Shown: positions 1 through 10,536 of the stretch, piece by piece
How positions within the stretch are numbered: the first letter of the stretch is position 1
Layout of the letters: every line of letters starts with the position of its first letter
NCBI GenBank assembly: GCA_043803945.1
Contig: JAZDJN010000087.1
Coordinates: 256,001-320,000 of the forward strand
DNA length: 64,000 nucleotides
Source of the DNA: a bacterium
GTDB taxonomy: Bacteria; Bacteroidota; Ignavibacteria; UBA10030
Reading direction: 5' to 3'
Translations under genes and position numbers: made by a program
Notes under the pieces: model-generated
The model's database searches: none
Seen by the model: the letters and a program-made list of their open reading frames with translations, nothing else
Told to the model about the DNA's origin: nothing

Positions 1-1112
1 TTCCCTTCATAGTACGGATGGAGCGTGAAGAGCGTATTGTTGGGTTTATCGGAAACGTAGGTAATATCCCATGTATGCTGCTGGATCGGTTGAAGAATCC
101 CTCCCTGCAATGAGCCAAGGATATAATTTTTTGTCATATAGGTGTACTTGTAAACCGGCGGATTTTTCTCCTTGCCGAAGCGAATAACGTTCCGGACGCG
201 TTTTGTTTCCCGGTGAACATACGGCGTCGACCGGTCGGTCGCCATCTGATAGATAATGTCCGGCACCCGATACGAACTAAGTGCGCCGAATACGGTTTCC
301 CATCCTCCACGATGACGCGGACGATAGCGGGTCTCTTCCCACTGCTCGAACTTCGGCTCTCCGAAATACAACCATGCCCACATCATCGCCGGCGCAGCGA
401 GGGGGTTGATAATGTCCTCGGGGTAATCCCGGCTGTGGCCTCCTCCATAATTACCCTTGAGATGTTCAACCGCAAAATCTGCCAGCAAGAGGTCGACCAT
501 CATTTGTGCACGCCTCTTCATGATCGGATCCTGCGCAAAATCATAGAGCACCACCATTGGGGTAAGATAGGTTGTGATGTACGTTGGCGAGTCGAATTCT
601 CCCTGGCCTATCGTTGCCGATGTTTTCATCCAGAACTCAAGCCACTCTTTCGCTTCGGAGAAATTCTCCTCTGAACTTCTGCCGTTGTACCATTCCTTCC
701 GGCCGAGGTTCGGCCACGTCTGTGCGGCAAGATAGACACCCGTGTAATACATCACCCAGTGATTTTCGGTGTCGCCACGATACATAGTCCGTTCCCGAAA
801 AACCTTTCGTACTTTTCGATGAATGGAGTCTGGAAGGAACTGCCGTGTGTGGAGATAGCAGCCGATGAGTGTATACGAATAGAACATTCCACCAATACTT
901 TCATCCGACGTCAGCGAGTCCAGCATTTGACTCGCGTAGGACTCATTATTCTTCGATGCCAACTGTGCCGTTATCGTGAAGAAACTTCGTTCATGCTCAT
1001 TGCTCGCCACTTCGACAAGCCGCCGCGTTCGCTCTTCAAATGTCGTTTGGCTGAAGCATCTGGCCATCAACAAACAGCAAGCACATCCTATGATTATCGA
1101 TATATTCTTCAT
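1..1112 (-). CDS. Secreted hypothetical protein, partial (runs off window start); probable alpha/alpha-toroid carbohydrate-active protein
   Basis: Not in the ORF track. Manual translation from ATG at 1112 (ATGA overlap with the stop of 1109..2164): MKNISIIIGCACCLLMARCFSQ...YRGDTENHWVMYYTG...GQGEFDSPTY...GNYGGGHSRDYP; frame open to the window edge. Confidence 0.8.
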   Translation of the reverse strand, partial: MKNISIIIGCACCLLMARCFSQTTFEERTRRLVEVASNEHERSFFTITAQLASKNNESYASQMLDSLTSDESIGGMFYSYTLIGCYLHTRQFLPDSIHRKVRKVFRERTMYRGDTENHWVMYYTGVYLAAQTWPNLGRKEWYNGRSSEENFSEAKEWLEFWMKTSATIGQGEFDSPTYITTYLTPMVVLYDFAQDPIMKRRAQMMVDLLLADFAVEHLKGNYGGGHSRDYPEDIINPLAAPAMMWAWLYFGEPKFEQWEETRYRPRHRGGWETVFGALSSYRVPDIIYQMATDRSTPYVHRETKRVRNVIRFGKEKNPPVYKYTYMTKNYILGSLQGGILQPIQQHTWDITYVSDKPNNTLFTLHPYYEG

Positions 1113-2164
1113 CGCACAAATAACCCCCATACCTGGCCTTCGTCCTGACTGTTGTACTTCCAGCTCGTGCCGCCATCGGTACTGCGGAAGAGCCCGCCAT
1201 TTAATGTACCCGTGAAAACAATTGATGGATTGGATGGAAGAATTGCCAGTGAATGCACCACAAGATTGGATAATCCTCCATTCATACTTTGCCATGTCTC
1301 GCCTCCATCGAGCGAACGGTACACTCCTTTGCCGAATGTTCCGACAAAGATCCGTTGAGAATTTTTCGGATCTACAGCAATAGTATAGATGGTGAAGCCG
1401 CTCAATTCTTTGCCCGCCGGCTTCCACGTCTTGCCGGCATCGACAGATTGTACAAGTCCATAATCCTCCGTACCGGCCCAAAATACATGAGCACGAATCG
1501 GGTCTTGAACAATAACACGTATTCCAGTTCCCGCCAGGGTTGCTCGCTGCCATCGGTCGCCGCCGTTTGTGCTTCGATAGATCCCTTCTTCAGTTGCTGC
1601 CAGAACATTCCTTGAGGACGATTTATCGACAACTACATCGGGTGTAAATGTTGATTGGAAGCCGTTGTTTTTTTCCTTCCAGGTTTCTCCGGCATCGGTC
1701 GATTTTAAAATTCCATAGGCTGTTGCCGCATAGACGATCGAGGGATGCTGCGGATCCGCTTTTACCTTGAGCACTTCAGTCACCTGCCAGCCGGTGGTGA
1801 TGCGCCAGCTCGCTCCCTGATCGGTCGAACGGAACACACCGTTGTTGCACCCCGACCAGAGTGTCCCGTCGTTTCCCGCTTCGGTGTAGAATGTCCGGAT
1901 ATATGTCGTCCAGTTTCGATGACACCAGGTCAAGCCCTGATCGGTGCTGACAAACAATCCGACAGTTGGATTGTCTTGCGCACCGATACGATGCTTGCGG
2001 GATGCCAGCACCGACATATAGATTGTTTCCTGCTGTGCCGAAAGAGTGACGAGATTGCCAATCGAAAGAGCGCTGAGCAACAGCCAAGCCACACATTGTG
2101 GTATGCCGCAGGTTGTTCGTGAGGGTCTCGTTCCCCTTGTCCGATTGATCGGGTTACAGTTCAA
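1109..2164 (-). CDS. BNR/Asp-box repeat beta-propeller protein (Ycf48/GH74-like fold), secreted
   Basis: Repeated S-x-D-x-G-x-T/S-W Asp-box motifs (STDQGLTW, STDQGASW, STDAGETW, SVDAGKTW, SLDGGETW, STDGGTSW); hydrophobic signal segment; exact start uncertain. Confidence 0.8.
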   Translation of the reverse strand: MNCNPINRTRGTRPSRTTCGIPQCVAWLLLSALSIGNLVTLSAQQETIYMSVLASRKHRIGAQDNPTVGLFVSTDQGLTWCHRNWTTYIRTFYTEAGNDGTLWSGCNNGVFRSTDQGASWRITTGWQVTEVLKVKADPQHPSIVYAATAYGILKSTDAGETWKEKNNGFQSTFTPDVVVDKSSSRNVLAATEEGIYRSTNGGDRWQRATLAGTGIRVIVQDPIRAHVFWAGTEDYGLVQSVDAGKTWKPAGKELSGFTIYTIAVDPKNSQRIFVGTFGKGVYRSLDGGETWQSMNGGLSNLVVHSLAILPSNPSIVFTGTLNGGLFRSTDGGTSWKYNSQDEGQVWGLFVR

Positions 2165-4547
2165 CTTGTATTCCTTTCCGCAGATCGATTTGCGATTTCA
2201 CCCCGTACGATTTTCCATTCACAATAAGTTCATAGGGCTTTTTCTCTGTCCGGTCAACTGTAATTCTGATGGAGCGTTTGAGAGCGAGATTATCCAGAAG
2301 ATCGACATCGATGACATTTCCTTTTACTCTCACTGCCGGTATCCGGCATCCGTCGATACCGACGCCCCATTGATCCTTCACGTTCACATAAGCGTCACCA
2401 TACTGTTTGGAAATGAGATGAATTGAGACGACCGAACTGCCTGTACCCCAATGAATTCCTGTTGCCCCGGCTAATCGATCCGTTGCGGAATGTGCGTAGT
2501 TCTCCGCTGTTTGCGGCGACGTTGGTGATTCAAACAGCGAGAACATTGCCCGCAAGGCAGCAATACCTCGCTCAAAATATTCTCTCCTGCCGGTGAGTTC
2601 GTAATACTTTATCAATGTTACGGCGAAGTATCCTTGACGCGAATCGCTCCATTCGGCATCGGTATTCTGCACACCGAATCCACCAAACAGCTCGCACGAC
2701 AACCATGCCGGACTCCAGGCCTGTTGATAGAGGCATAGATAATCAAGAATCTCGATGCCGCGGTTTTTATATTCCTCCTTATGTGTCAGAACATACAATT
2801 CATACCATGCTTCTGCTGCCTGGTGCATCGAGAGTGTGTTTTGAGGATGCTGCTGGGTATAAGAGTCATAAAAGCCAAGAGGTTTTCTTGAGCAGGAAAA
2901 GAATGTTTCGAAGTCGAACCATTTATGTTCTGGAAGAATCTCTGTGGCAATATAGTGCATGGCCCGTTCCGCAGCAGCGCAATATTTATGTTCCGGAGAG
3001 TGTTTGCTGTACTCGGCAAGAAAGAGAGCAGCACCTGCCGTTTCGGCGTTCTCATCCCGAAATTCAGCGGCAGGCACCAGCGTTTCTGGATGATACCATG
3101 AGGGAATGACTCCGTTCGGGCGCTGGTTGGCAAGGAGAAAGTCCGCGAACGCTCCTGTGAATTTCAGGATTTCCTGCTTTCGTTCAGGGAGATGGTCGAT
3201 CCATTTGAGCATCCAGGTACATGTCCATGCAGTATGAAACATCGGCAAGTAATCGCCTTTGGCAATCCCGCCCCATGCATGATCCGCAACCCAATGCCCG
3301 CCGGTGGAATCGAGATAAAATATCGAAGGAGCAATACCATTCTTTTGTGGAGCGAGCAGCGCCAGTGAGAGCACTCTCGATGCCTGGCTTTTGAGCTGTT
3401 CGTCATTTACATTCTTTCCGTGCTCATACATTCCATACGCCGTGCGAAGAGCGTTGAACCAGACATTGAACCAATTGTCATTGTTGGCCGCCTTGTGCAG
3501 TCCGTTGCTCCATGCAAGACGTGCCTGACGGAGCAGTGTGACAGGCGTTCCCTTATACTCTGCATCGAGCGAAATCTTCGGTAACAATTCATACCACGCC
3601 TGCCGGATATAGGTTGAGAATGGCTTGGTCTGCGGCCCTCTTGGATTTTGCATTTCGCCCGCGCCATATTCCTTCCACAGATACCGCACAATTTCCTGAA
3701 ATCCCTGCTGCGGCGTAGCCGACGGATCAAGATAGAGGAGAAAGCCATACGAGACCGTTGTATCCGCCAGTGTCACAGCCAGAGACTCGGGGGAAGCGTA
3801 GAACACATGCGTGTTTCTCAATCTGTATGGTTCCGGAATCCAGTTCTGAAGGCCGAATGAAAAGAATGGCCGGTCAGCGGTTGTAACCTGCAAATCACCT
3901 GTTGTCCTTACTCTTCGATATTTCTGATTGATCGCTGCAAGATCGGGTATGAGCCCAACAAACCGTTCGTCCTTCTGCATCATAAATGCCGGTGAACGAA
4001 AAACATGATCGGCAATCACCTGCTCGGGCTCCGGGCGTAATTGCGGTGTGTAAACAAAATCAAGTGGATGCCCGGCGCTTTTCTGCTCGCGATCGACAAT
4101 AAAAGAATATGTCGATTGCAGAGCGCTGAACCTTGCCGCGCCCTTGATCGTTGCAGTAACGGCAATACGGGCAAACCGCTCTTTTGGAGCAAGTGTGATC
4201 GTCTTTACAATTAAGAGAAGGGGAGATGAATAGGTCAGCGTGAGTATTTGATTCTTCTGTCCGTCTTTGGTTACCGCGGCTTTCTGGAATCCGTGGGATT
4301 GCAGAACCCGATTTATACTCCAAGCCGGATCGGGCCTGAGGCTGCTCCCGCTCTCCAAGAGAAGAATCGGTTTCCCTTGTCTCATACCGGAATAGGATTC
4401 GTGAGTGACCCCATTCCGCTGACCGATAACAACGTTGATCAGGGCATTTGAGATTTCGAATGTGCCTGTTGAGGATGGTTGTGCAGACAAGAACATTGGA
4501 ACGAGGAGAACGGAAAGAAATTGTATAAGAAGGACGACGGCCCGCAT
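2154..4547 (-). CDS. Secreted six-hairpin glycosidase-like / alpha-alpha toroid hypothetical protein
   Basis: 797 aa; Sec signal ending in LSA-Q; helical C-terminal half with toroid-like repeats (AALFLAEY...KYCAAAERAMHYI, YYELTGRREYFERG). Confidence 0.6.
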   Translation of the reverse strand: MRAVVLLIQFLSVLLVPMFLSAQPSSTGTFEISNALINVVIGQRNGVTHESYSGMRQGKPILLLESGSSLRPDPAWSINRVLQSHGFQKAAVTKDGQKNQILTLTYSSPLLLIVKTITLAPKERFARIAVTATIKGAARFSALQSTYSFIVDREQKSAGHPLDFVYTPQLRPEPEQVIADHVFRSPAFMMQKDERFVGLIPDLAAINQKYRRVRTTGDLQVTTADRPFFSFGLQNWIPEPYRLRNTHVFYASPESLAVTLADTTVSYGFLLYLDPSATPQQGFQEIVRYLWKEYGAGEMQNPRGPQTKPFSTYIRQAWYELLPKISLDAEYKGTPVTLLRQARLAWSNGLHKAANNDNWFNVWFNALRTAYGMYEHGKNVNDEQLKSQASRVLSLALLAPQKNGIAPSIFYLDSTGGHWVADHAWGGIAKGDYLPMFHTAWTCTWMLKWIDHLPERKQEILKFTGAFADFLLANQRPNGVIPSWYHPETLVPAAEFRDENAETAGAALFLAEYSKHSPEHKYCAAAERAMHYIATEILPEHKWFDFETFFSCSRKPLGFYDSYTQQHPQNTLSMHQAAEAWYELYVLTHKEEYKNRGIEILDYLCLYQQAWSPAWLSCELFGGFGVQNTDAEWSDSRQGYFAVTLIKYYELTGRREYFERGIAALRAMFSLFESPTSPQTAENYAHSATDRLAGATGIHWGTGSSVVSIHLISKQYGDAYVNVKDQWGVGIDGCRIPAVRVKGNVIDVDLLDNLALKRSIRITVDRTEKKPYELIVNGKSYGVKSQIDLRKGIQVEL

Positions 4548-4553
4548 GGAAAT

Positions 4554-6179
4554 CTACACCTTTACCCGCTTAATAATCTTCTGCATATTCAGGCCGAACA
4601 TTTTCTTCTTCTCGGCAGTACTGCAATGTGAATAGGCCATCCATCCGAATTGCGGCAGCGGATCGCGCATCGGCTGATCGGTGCCGAACAAGACCCGATC
4701 GGCACCAACATGATGAACCATGAATTCGATCACCCGATAGGTCACAGCGGTAAGGGTAATTTCGAGATACACATTGGGATTCTTCAACGCCATCTCTACT
4801 CCTTTGCGTGCATCCTGAAACGATCCGCCGCAGTGTGCAATGATGAAAGCAATGTTGGGAAATTTCGGTGCGATATCGTTCACCTCCGCCACCACATTGG
4901 GCGAGGGATGGATCAGGGCAAAGGCACTGATGCGATTACCGTATTCATACCATGGAGACCAGAGCTTGTCGTTATAAGGAATATTGGTGCGCGGAAAATA
5001 GGGCTTCATTCCCTTCATTTTGAATTTTCGATGGACCTTGCTCAATTCCCTGGGCCAATCCTTGATATACTGCGGTTGGAGCGAGGCATATCCAACATAG
5101 AATGAGGGATAAAGTTTCATTGCATCGCGGACGATCTTATTGCCTAATTGATAGTCAGCCCAAATTGCGAGGAAGCTGCTGACACAAAGAGTATCGATAC
5201 CCATAAGGGCAGCCCGGTCAACCATACTTTTGGCATCACTATACGGCATATGAATCGTTCCGATCCCCTCGGCGCCTTCATGAGCAATATGCGCGTGAGA
5301 ATCGATGACGAGAAGATTCTTCAACGGTTTGCCCGCTTTTGCCTGAACAAGAATCGGGTCGGTTTTGCCCGTTGCACGATTATCGGATAGTCTCCGATTT
5401 ATTCCCGCCAGCCGTATAATGTTTCCTGAAGCAATCGATTGTTTCTGTCCATCCGAGAGCGTGCAATAATCCACGAACGCCTTTGCAGCTCCGGGCGATT
5501 TTTCCAGTGCACCGGTTCCAAAGAGAATCCGATCCGCGCCATACCAGTCTGCAAAAAGTTCAACCGCCCGGTTTCCCTGATGGGTGGAAAGTTCAAAGTG
5601 AAGATTTTTATGCTTCATCATTAATCGGTGAAGATAACGGGTTGCGTCCCAGCGGGAGGCCTGAAGAAGCACTTTGAGGTTGGGAAAGCTGCTGAGCACG
5701 GCATCAAGTTCTGAGAAAAGGACCTGGTTGGCGGACTCGAGAAGATCGGGCTGGTAGAAATGCCCGCCTTCAACCATCAATAAAATTTGATGTTTCTCAA
5801 GCTCACGCAGAAGCTCGCCGCAGAAATCGATGGTAAACGGGTAGCGCTGAAGGCGCGGATACATCTTTGCTGCCGCCATACCATGATCGTTCATTTCCTT
5901 AATGGTATCAGCCGGCCTTGGAAATTCGCGTGTGTGGTGGGGCATGACGGTCCACACCCCGAAGAGGCGTTTACTCTTCTTCAGTTCCTGGACCAGCAAG
6001 CGGTTGCCATAGATCGGATCGTACTCCTTGGCAACCGAATGCGCAATGAGTGCGCCCTGGATTCCACACCATGCCATTTCTTCCAATAGTTCATTGGTTT
6101 CGCATGCAGCCTCAACATCTTTGGGGCCGCGCTTGCCAACCATGGCGTAGCTATCGATGTACAAACGGTCTGTCGTCAT
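4554..6179 (-). CDS. Tandem two-domain amidohydrolase (Amidohydro_2 family)
   Basis: C-domain has IDSHAH, IIAHCGG and RVLFGTDQP; N-domain is homologous but has IDSYAM and RILFGTG. Confidence 0.8.
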   Translation of the reverse strand: MTTDRLYIDSYAMVGKRGPKDVEAACETNELLEEMAWCGIQGALIAHSVAKEYDPIYGNRLLVQELKKSKRLFGVWTVMPHHTREFPRPADTIKEMNDHGMAAAKMYPRLQRYPFTIDFCGELLRELEKHQILLMVEGGHFYQPDLLESANQVLFSELDAVLSSFPNLKVLLQASRWDATRYLHRLMMKHKNLHFELSTHQGNRAVELFADWYGADRILFGTGALEKSPGAAKAFVDYCTLSDGQKQSIASGNIIRLAGINRRLSDNRATGKTDPILVQAKAGKPLKNLLVIDSHAHIAHEGAEGIGTIHMPYSDAKSMVDRAALMGIDTLCVSSFLAIWADYQLGNKIVRDAMKLYPSFYVGYASLQPQYIKDWPRELSKVHRKFKMKGMKPYFPRTNIPYNDKLWSPWYEYGNRISAFALIHPSPNVVAEVNDIAPKFPNIAFIIAHCGGSFQDARKGVEMALKNPNVYLEITLTAVTYRVIEFMVHHVGADRVLFGTDQPMRDPLPQFGWMAYSHCSTAEKKKMFGLNMQKIIKRVKV

Positions 6180-6188
6180 ACGTTCTTC

Positions 6189-7436
6189 TTACCAGTAAAA
6201 TGGTTTCATGCTCTCCCGTTCTTTGGGCTCTGCCTCGATTGCTCTTCTCAATGCACGCCGAGCTTTCTCGAGAGCCTCATCGATATCCGATTCCTTGTGT
6301 GAATAGCAGATGAACCAGCGCAGCATCACGAAGATTCCGTCGCGGAATAATTCACGGAACCACAAGTATTCAAGGCGTGCATTCATGTGCGGATCGGTAG
6401 TGGCAAACTTTAAATACGGGGCGGGCGGTAATCCGGCGGCGTGCCCTTCGATTCCCAGCTCCTTCGCCATAGCGGTAAATCCACCCATCAACCTTCTGCC
6501 CATAGCCCAGAGATGATCATGCACCCGCTCCCTGCGCATAATGGTCAATGTTGCTATTGCAGCGGCAATTGAGAGAGTCTCCCCCGCATAGGTCGTTGTC
6601 ATCTTAAATCTTTCCAACGATTGCAGATACTCTCTCCTGCCGACATACGCCGAGATCGGATAGCCATTCGCCATCGCTTTTGCGTAACTGATAAGATCGG
6701 CATCAACATGGAACAGTTCCTGGGCACCTCCCATCGCAAGACGAAATCCGGTTAACACCTCGTCGAGAACAAGAAGAATGCCATACTCTTTTGTCAACTC
6801 GCGTATCCGGCGAATAAACGTACCGCTGGTATCCTCATTCATATCGTAGGGAATAGCAATCACACAGGCAACCCGTTCTCCATACTGATGAATGAGTTCT
6901 TCGGCAACTTCAATGTTGCCCCACGGAATGACCTTAACATAGTCCTTCATAAATTCCGGCACGCCGTTGTTCGGGCTATCCTCGGTCGCAAACCAATCGG
7001 GGTATCCATGGTAGCCGCTCATCAGAATCATATCGCGCTTGGTGTAAGCTCGCGCGATACGGATGTTACAGAGATTTGCATCCTCGCCGGTTTTCATGAA
7101 TCGCACCATCTCCGCGTTCGGCGCTGCTTCATGGAGTATCTGAGCCAGTTCCAGCTCAATCGGACTTGCCATGCTGAAGAGCACCCCTTTATTCATTTGC
7201 TCCCGGACGGCATTGTCAACCTCCTCATAACAGTAGCCCAGGGTGACTGGACCCAGTGCCAAACGGAAGTCGATATATTCTTGTCCTTCCATATCCCAGA
7301 TGCGGCAACCTTTGCCTCGTTCGATGAACTTCGGCATCGTTTCGTCAAAGAGAGGGAACGGCCGTTTGGCGTTCGTCTGCGTTCCCCATGGAATCAGCCG
7401 CAATGCATCCTGAAAATGTTTATCGGAAGGTTTCAT
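6189..7436 (-). CDS. PLP-dependent class III aminotransferase (glutamate-1-semialdehyde aminomutase-like)
   Basis: GKGCRIWDMEGQEYID, GYHG, LDEVLTGFR, YAKAMANGYPIS (PLP lysine). Confidence 0.85.
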   Translation of the reverse strand: MKPSDKHFQDALRLIPWGTQTNAKRPFPLFDETMPKFIERGKGCRIWDMEGQEYIDFRLALGPVTLGYCYEEVDNAVREQMNKGVLFSMASPIELELAQILHEAAPNAEMVRFMKTGEDANLCNIRIARAYTKRDMILMSGYHGYPDWFATEDSPNNGVPEFMKDYVKVIPWGNIEVAEELIHQYGERVACVIAIPYDMNEDTSGTFIRRIRELTKEYGILLVLDEVLTGFRLAMGGAQELFHVDADLISYAKAMANGYPISAYVGRREYLQSLERFKMTTTYAGETLSIAAAIATLTIMRRERVHDHLWAMGRRLMGGFTAMAKELGIEGHAAGLPPAPYLKFATTDPHMNARLEYLWFRELFRDGIFVMLRWFICYSHKESDIDEALEKARRALRRAIEAEPKERESMKPFYW

Positions 7437-7446
7437 ACTCTATTCC

Positions 7447-9480
7447 TCACCGCGGGTTCACCGTTATGACAGGGAGGTCCGAGGCAGCATTAATCTCAAC
7501 AACAGCAGAGAGAGTATTATGCTTCACATCGATTACCCATGTTGAGCCTCTCCGGGTAATAACGGCAGAGCCATGCTCTTTCCCCGATGACTGAGCTGTA
7601 CATACCGTGACAATCTTATGATCGAGTGCTTGCTTATCGGAAGCTTCAATATATTGATACACACCGATTTCCTTCGGGACAGAATGGACTCCTGTTCGGA
7701 GAGATAGCTCCTGCTCTCCACGGATCATAGCGTTAAGCGAAGCAGCGGGGCGCTTGATTGAAAATTTAAGACCACCAATTTCGAGTTGAGCCTCTTTTGT
7801 GTCGCCATAGGCCTGAAAGCGTACTTGCACGCTCGCCCGTTGCGATTTCATCCGTACCTGATCAAAGAAAATGAGAACGTCAGGTTTCAAAAAAACAAGC
7901 GACCGCCGAACCAGATCCACATCGGCATTGACAAGCCGGTACGCTTCCGTGGCATCGCTCGTTACGATCATCTGCTTGTCGCTCGCTCGATACTGCACTA
8001 CATTTGCCTCCGCCCACGAGGAGTTCGTTCCCTCGTGTCCATCATGATACTGATGTCCCTTTCCGTCGATGAGAACAGCCGTATGGGCTTCGGTCTTTCG
8101 CAATATCCAATGTTCCTGCGTATAGGAATAGGCCGCTTTCAATGGGTCATGCAGCAGCCGTTCGCCGTAGGCTTTAAACACAACACTGTTGCGGTCGGCA
8201 TGTTCATGATTGCCCGGCGGCCCGCTTCGCATCGCAACCACCGAACTTTGCTCGTCCCACCCCGTTCGCGAGACCACCCAATCATCGACAAACCGCACAT
8301 CGTACAACTCTTTTCCCGGTTTGACGGACTTGATTGTACGGTCATACCAGATCAGCGCGTGATGCGATCTGATCTCACCGATCGATTCGCAGAGAAATTG
8401 CGCAACTCTATCGTTGTTTCGATGGGCAACCCATGCGGCAACGGAAACATCTCCAACAATGCTTGCATCGCCGAAGTTGACACAATCATCCTTCTTCCCG
8501 ATCGTCGGCATGGACATCTGCAGTCCGTAGCGGACGGTGCCGGGGTAGTTGATCATCGATCGCTCGTCGACTCCAAGTTTACGATAGAGCACTTCGAGGA
8601 AGAGTGTCATGTGAAGAGCGGTATAACCCCAATAGCTGACTCCTTCAATATAGCTTCCATCTGAACCAAACATGGGTGCAAAAGCACGCGCACTTTGAAG
8701 CGCCAGGTCGAGCCACTTCTTCGCCTGCGGATGCTTCTCATAGAGCAGGCATGCAGCAATACCAAGTCCTGCAATCGGGATGACTTTAAGATTTGTTGAA
8801 TTGAGGATCAGCGGCCAGCGGCTCAGATCAAACCGGAACGCATAATCGCTTTCCGGGTCGAACGACCAACCACGAACGCGGTCGGGGTATTTCATTCCAT
8901 ACAATGTTCGGTAGCATGCCGGTGCACCCTTTTCCGCAATTTGTTTTTCCATTTCATTTTTCAGCTCCGATGACAGAGCATCGTCAAGCCACTCACGAGC
9001 GCAACTCATCGCGATTGTTGTCTCCGGGGCTCGCTGCAATCCAATGGTAAACTGTCCCCCTTCGAGAAAATAATCCCACTTTGCATATTGAAGAAGCCGT
9101 TCAATGGCGATCTTGGCAACCTCAAGCTGCCTTGGATCATGGGTGAGGGCATAGACAAACGAGGTGCGCTCCAAAATTTGCCGGGCTCGCAGGAGATCAA
9201 CAACATGGTTGTTAAATCTCAACTCGTTCCGAAGGAATTGTTTATCGCTCTCCAGATTTGCCTCCGTGAGCGTTTTCCAGTACGGGGCGAAACGGGAGAG
9301 TTTTGTCGCAGCAAGAATCCGGCGAACATCCTCGGGATTAAAAAAGAGGCCCTGGCCTTTACGAACATTCTGCTGAGCCGCTCCGGCCAGTTCATGTGCT
9401 TGTAATGAAGGGATTGCCAACGCCGCTGCTGCAAGCGATGTTGTTTGCAGAAATCCACGTCGTGTTTGGTTCATAGGCAC
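7447..9480 (-). CDS. Tat-exported heparinase II/III-like polysaccharide lyase
   Basis: Twin-arginine TRRGFLQ; DGSYIEGVSYWGY; NFGDA; SRTGW; HEHADRNS; TEAHTAVLIDG. Confidence 0.75.
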   Translation of the reverse strand: MPMNQTRRGFLQTTSLAAAALAIPSLQAHELAGAAQQNVRKGQGLFFNPEDVRRILAATKLSRFAPYWKTLTEANLESDKQFLRNELRFNNHVVDLLRARQILERTSFVYALTHDPRQLEVAKIAIERLLQYAKWDYFLEGGQFTIGLQRAPETTIAMSCAREWLDDALSSELKNEMEKQIAEKGAPACYRTLYGMKYPDRVRGWSFDPESDYAFRFDLSRWPLILNSTNLKVIPIAGLGIAACLLYEKHPQAKKWLDLALQSARAFAPMFGSDGSYIEGVSYWGYTALHMTLFLEVLYRKLGVDERSMINYPGTVRYGLQMSMPTIGKKDDCVNFGDASIVGDVSVAAWVAHRNNDRVAQFLCESIGEIRSHHALIWYDRTIKSVKPGKELYDVRFVDDWVVSRTGWDEQSSVVAMRSGPPGNHEHADRNSVVFKAYGERLLHDPLKAAYSYTQEHWILRKTEAHTAVLIDGKGHQYHDGHEGTNSSWAEANVVQYRASDKQMIVTSDATEAYRLVNADVDLVRRSLVFLKPDVLIFFDQVRMKSQRASVQVRFQAYGDTKEAQLEIGGLKFSIKRPAASLNAMIRGEQELSLRTGVHSVPKEIGVYQYIEASDKQALDHKIVTVCTAQSSGKEHGSAVITRRGSTWVIDVKHNTLSAVVEINAASDLPVITVNPR

Positions 9481-9525
9481 CGTATGGTTTTAATTAGCGC
9501 GAAATGATACTGCAGTAATTGTGAT

Positions 9526-10536
9526 TTACTCTATCTTTTCCAGTTGAACCATGCATCGGTGTTCAACGGACGCTGTCATTGCTTCAATAACGGCAACAGC
9601 ACGCAACCCCTCCGGGCCGCCCGTTTCCGGCTTTTTACCATGTAAGATGCAATCACCGAATTCTTTCATCTGAAGAATATAGCTTTGTGCACCTTCTGCA
9701 TTAAACTCTTCTGTAATTGTTTCTTTTATCATTCCATTTTCAAGGAGATCGAGTTGCAGTTTTGTCGGGAAGCAATGGAGAGTACCGGCAGTGCCATAAA
9801 TGCGGAGGAAATACGTGTCTGCGGAGACGTAGTAGGAGCTTAATGTCACCGGAATTCCCGATTCCAACTGAAGCAGTGCTGTGGTTGTGTCATAGGCTGA
9901 ACCTTTCATCGCGCGGTTCGCTGCAATACAACTGACCGTCGCAATCGGGTCGAGCAGATACTCTACCGTATCGACAAGATGAATTCCCAGTTGCATCATC
10001 GGCAGCAAAGGACATGTGGCAGAATCGGCTTTCCACGCCGGCAGTCCTGCCTGCAAGCCGGCCGGCCGTGAGAGGTTTGCCTCGACCGCCACAACTGTTC
10101 CAATCCTATTCTCGTCCAGCAGTTGTTTTGCCCTGCGAAACGATTGTCTGCGGCGCGTGTTGTGCCCAACCATGAGAATGAGGTTTGCCTGTTTTGCCCA
10201 TGCGATCATCTCCCTCGACTCACGCACCGTGTTCGCAATCGGCTTATCAACAAAGAGATGTTTCTCCGCCTGAACTGCCAGGCGCAGTTGTTCATAATGC
10301 AGGTGATTCGGTGTAACCAGAACAACGGCTTCGACACCGGCATAATTGAGAGCTTCTTCATAGCTCGAGGCAGGAAAGGCATGAAACTCTTCGGCTATCT
10401 GGCGGTTTGCCTCAAGGTTGATATCAAAACAGGACATCAGTCTCAGATTTCCCGCATCACGGGCACCGTTCACAATCGTTCGCCCGTGATTGGCAATGCC
10501 AATTTGAGCATACGAAACAATTCGCTCGGTGGTCAT
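9526..10536 (-). CDS. Gfo/Idh/MocA family NAD(P)-dependent oxidoreductase
   Basis: VTPNHLH, VDKPIA, LMVGHNTRR, MQLGIHLVD. Confidence 0.85.
   Translation of the reverse strand: MTTERIVSYAQIGIANHGRTIVNGARDAGNLRLMSCFDINLEANRQIAEEFHAFPASSYEEALNYAGVEAVVLVTPNHLHYEQLRLAVQAEKHLFVDKPIANTVRESREMIAWAKQANLILMVGHNTRRRQSFRRAKQLLDENRIGTVVAVEANLSRPAGLQAGLPAWKADSATCPLLPMMQLGIHLVDTVEYLLDPIATVSCIAANRAMKGSAYDTTTALLQLESGIPVTLSSYYVSADTYFLRIYGTAGTLHCFPTKLQLDLLENGMIKETITEEFNAEGAQSYILQMKEFGDCILHGKKPETGGPEGLRAVAVIEAMTASVEHRCMVQLEKIE

Noticed and set aside
6189-7436. hemL / heme pathway together with the URO-D-like gene
   Set aside because: No other tetrapyrrole genes, and both proteins sit in sugar-catabolic context and lack a clear HemL or HemE signature.
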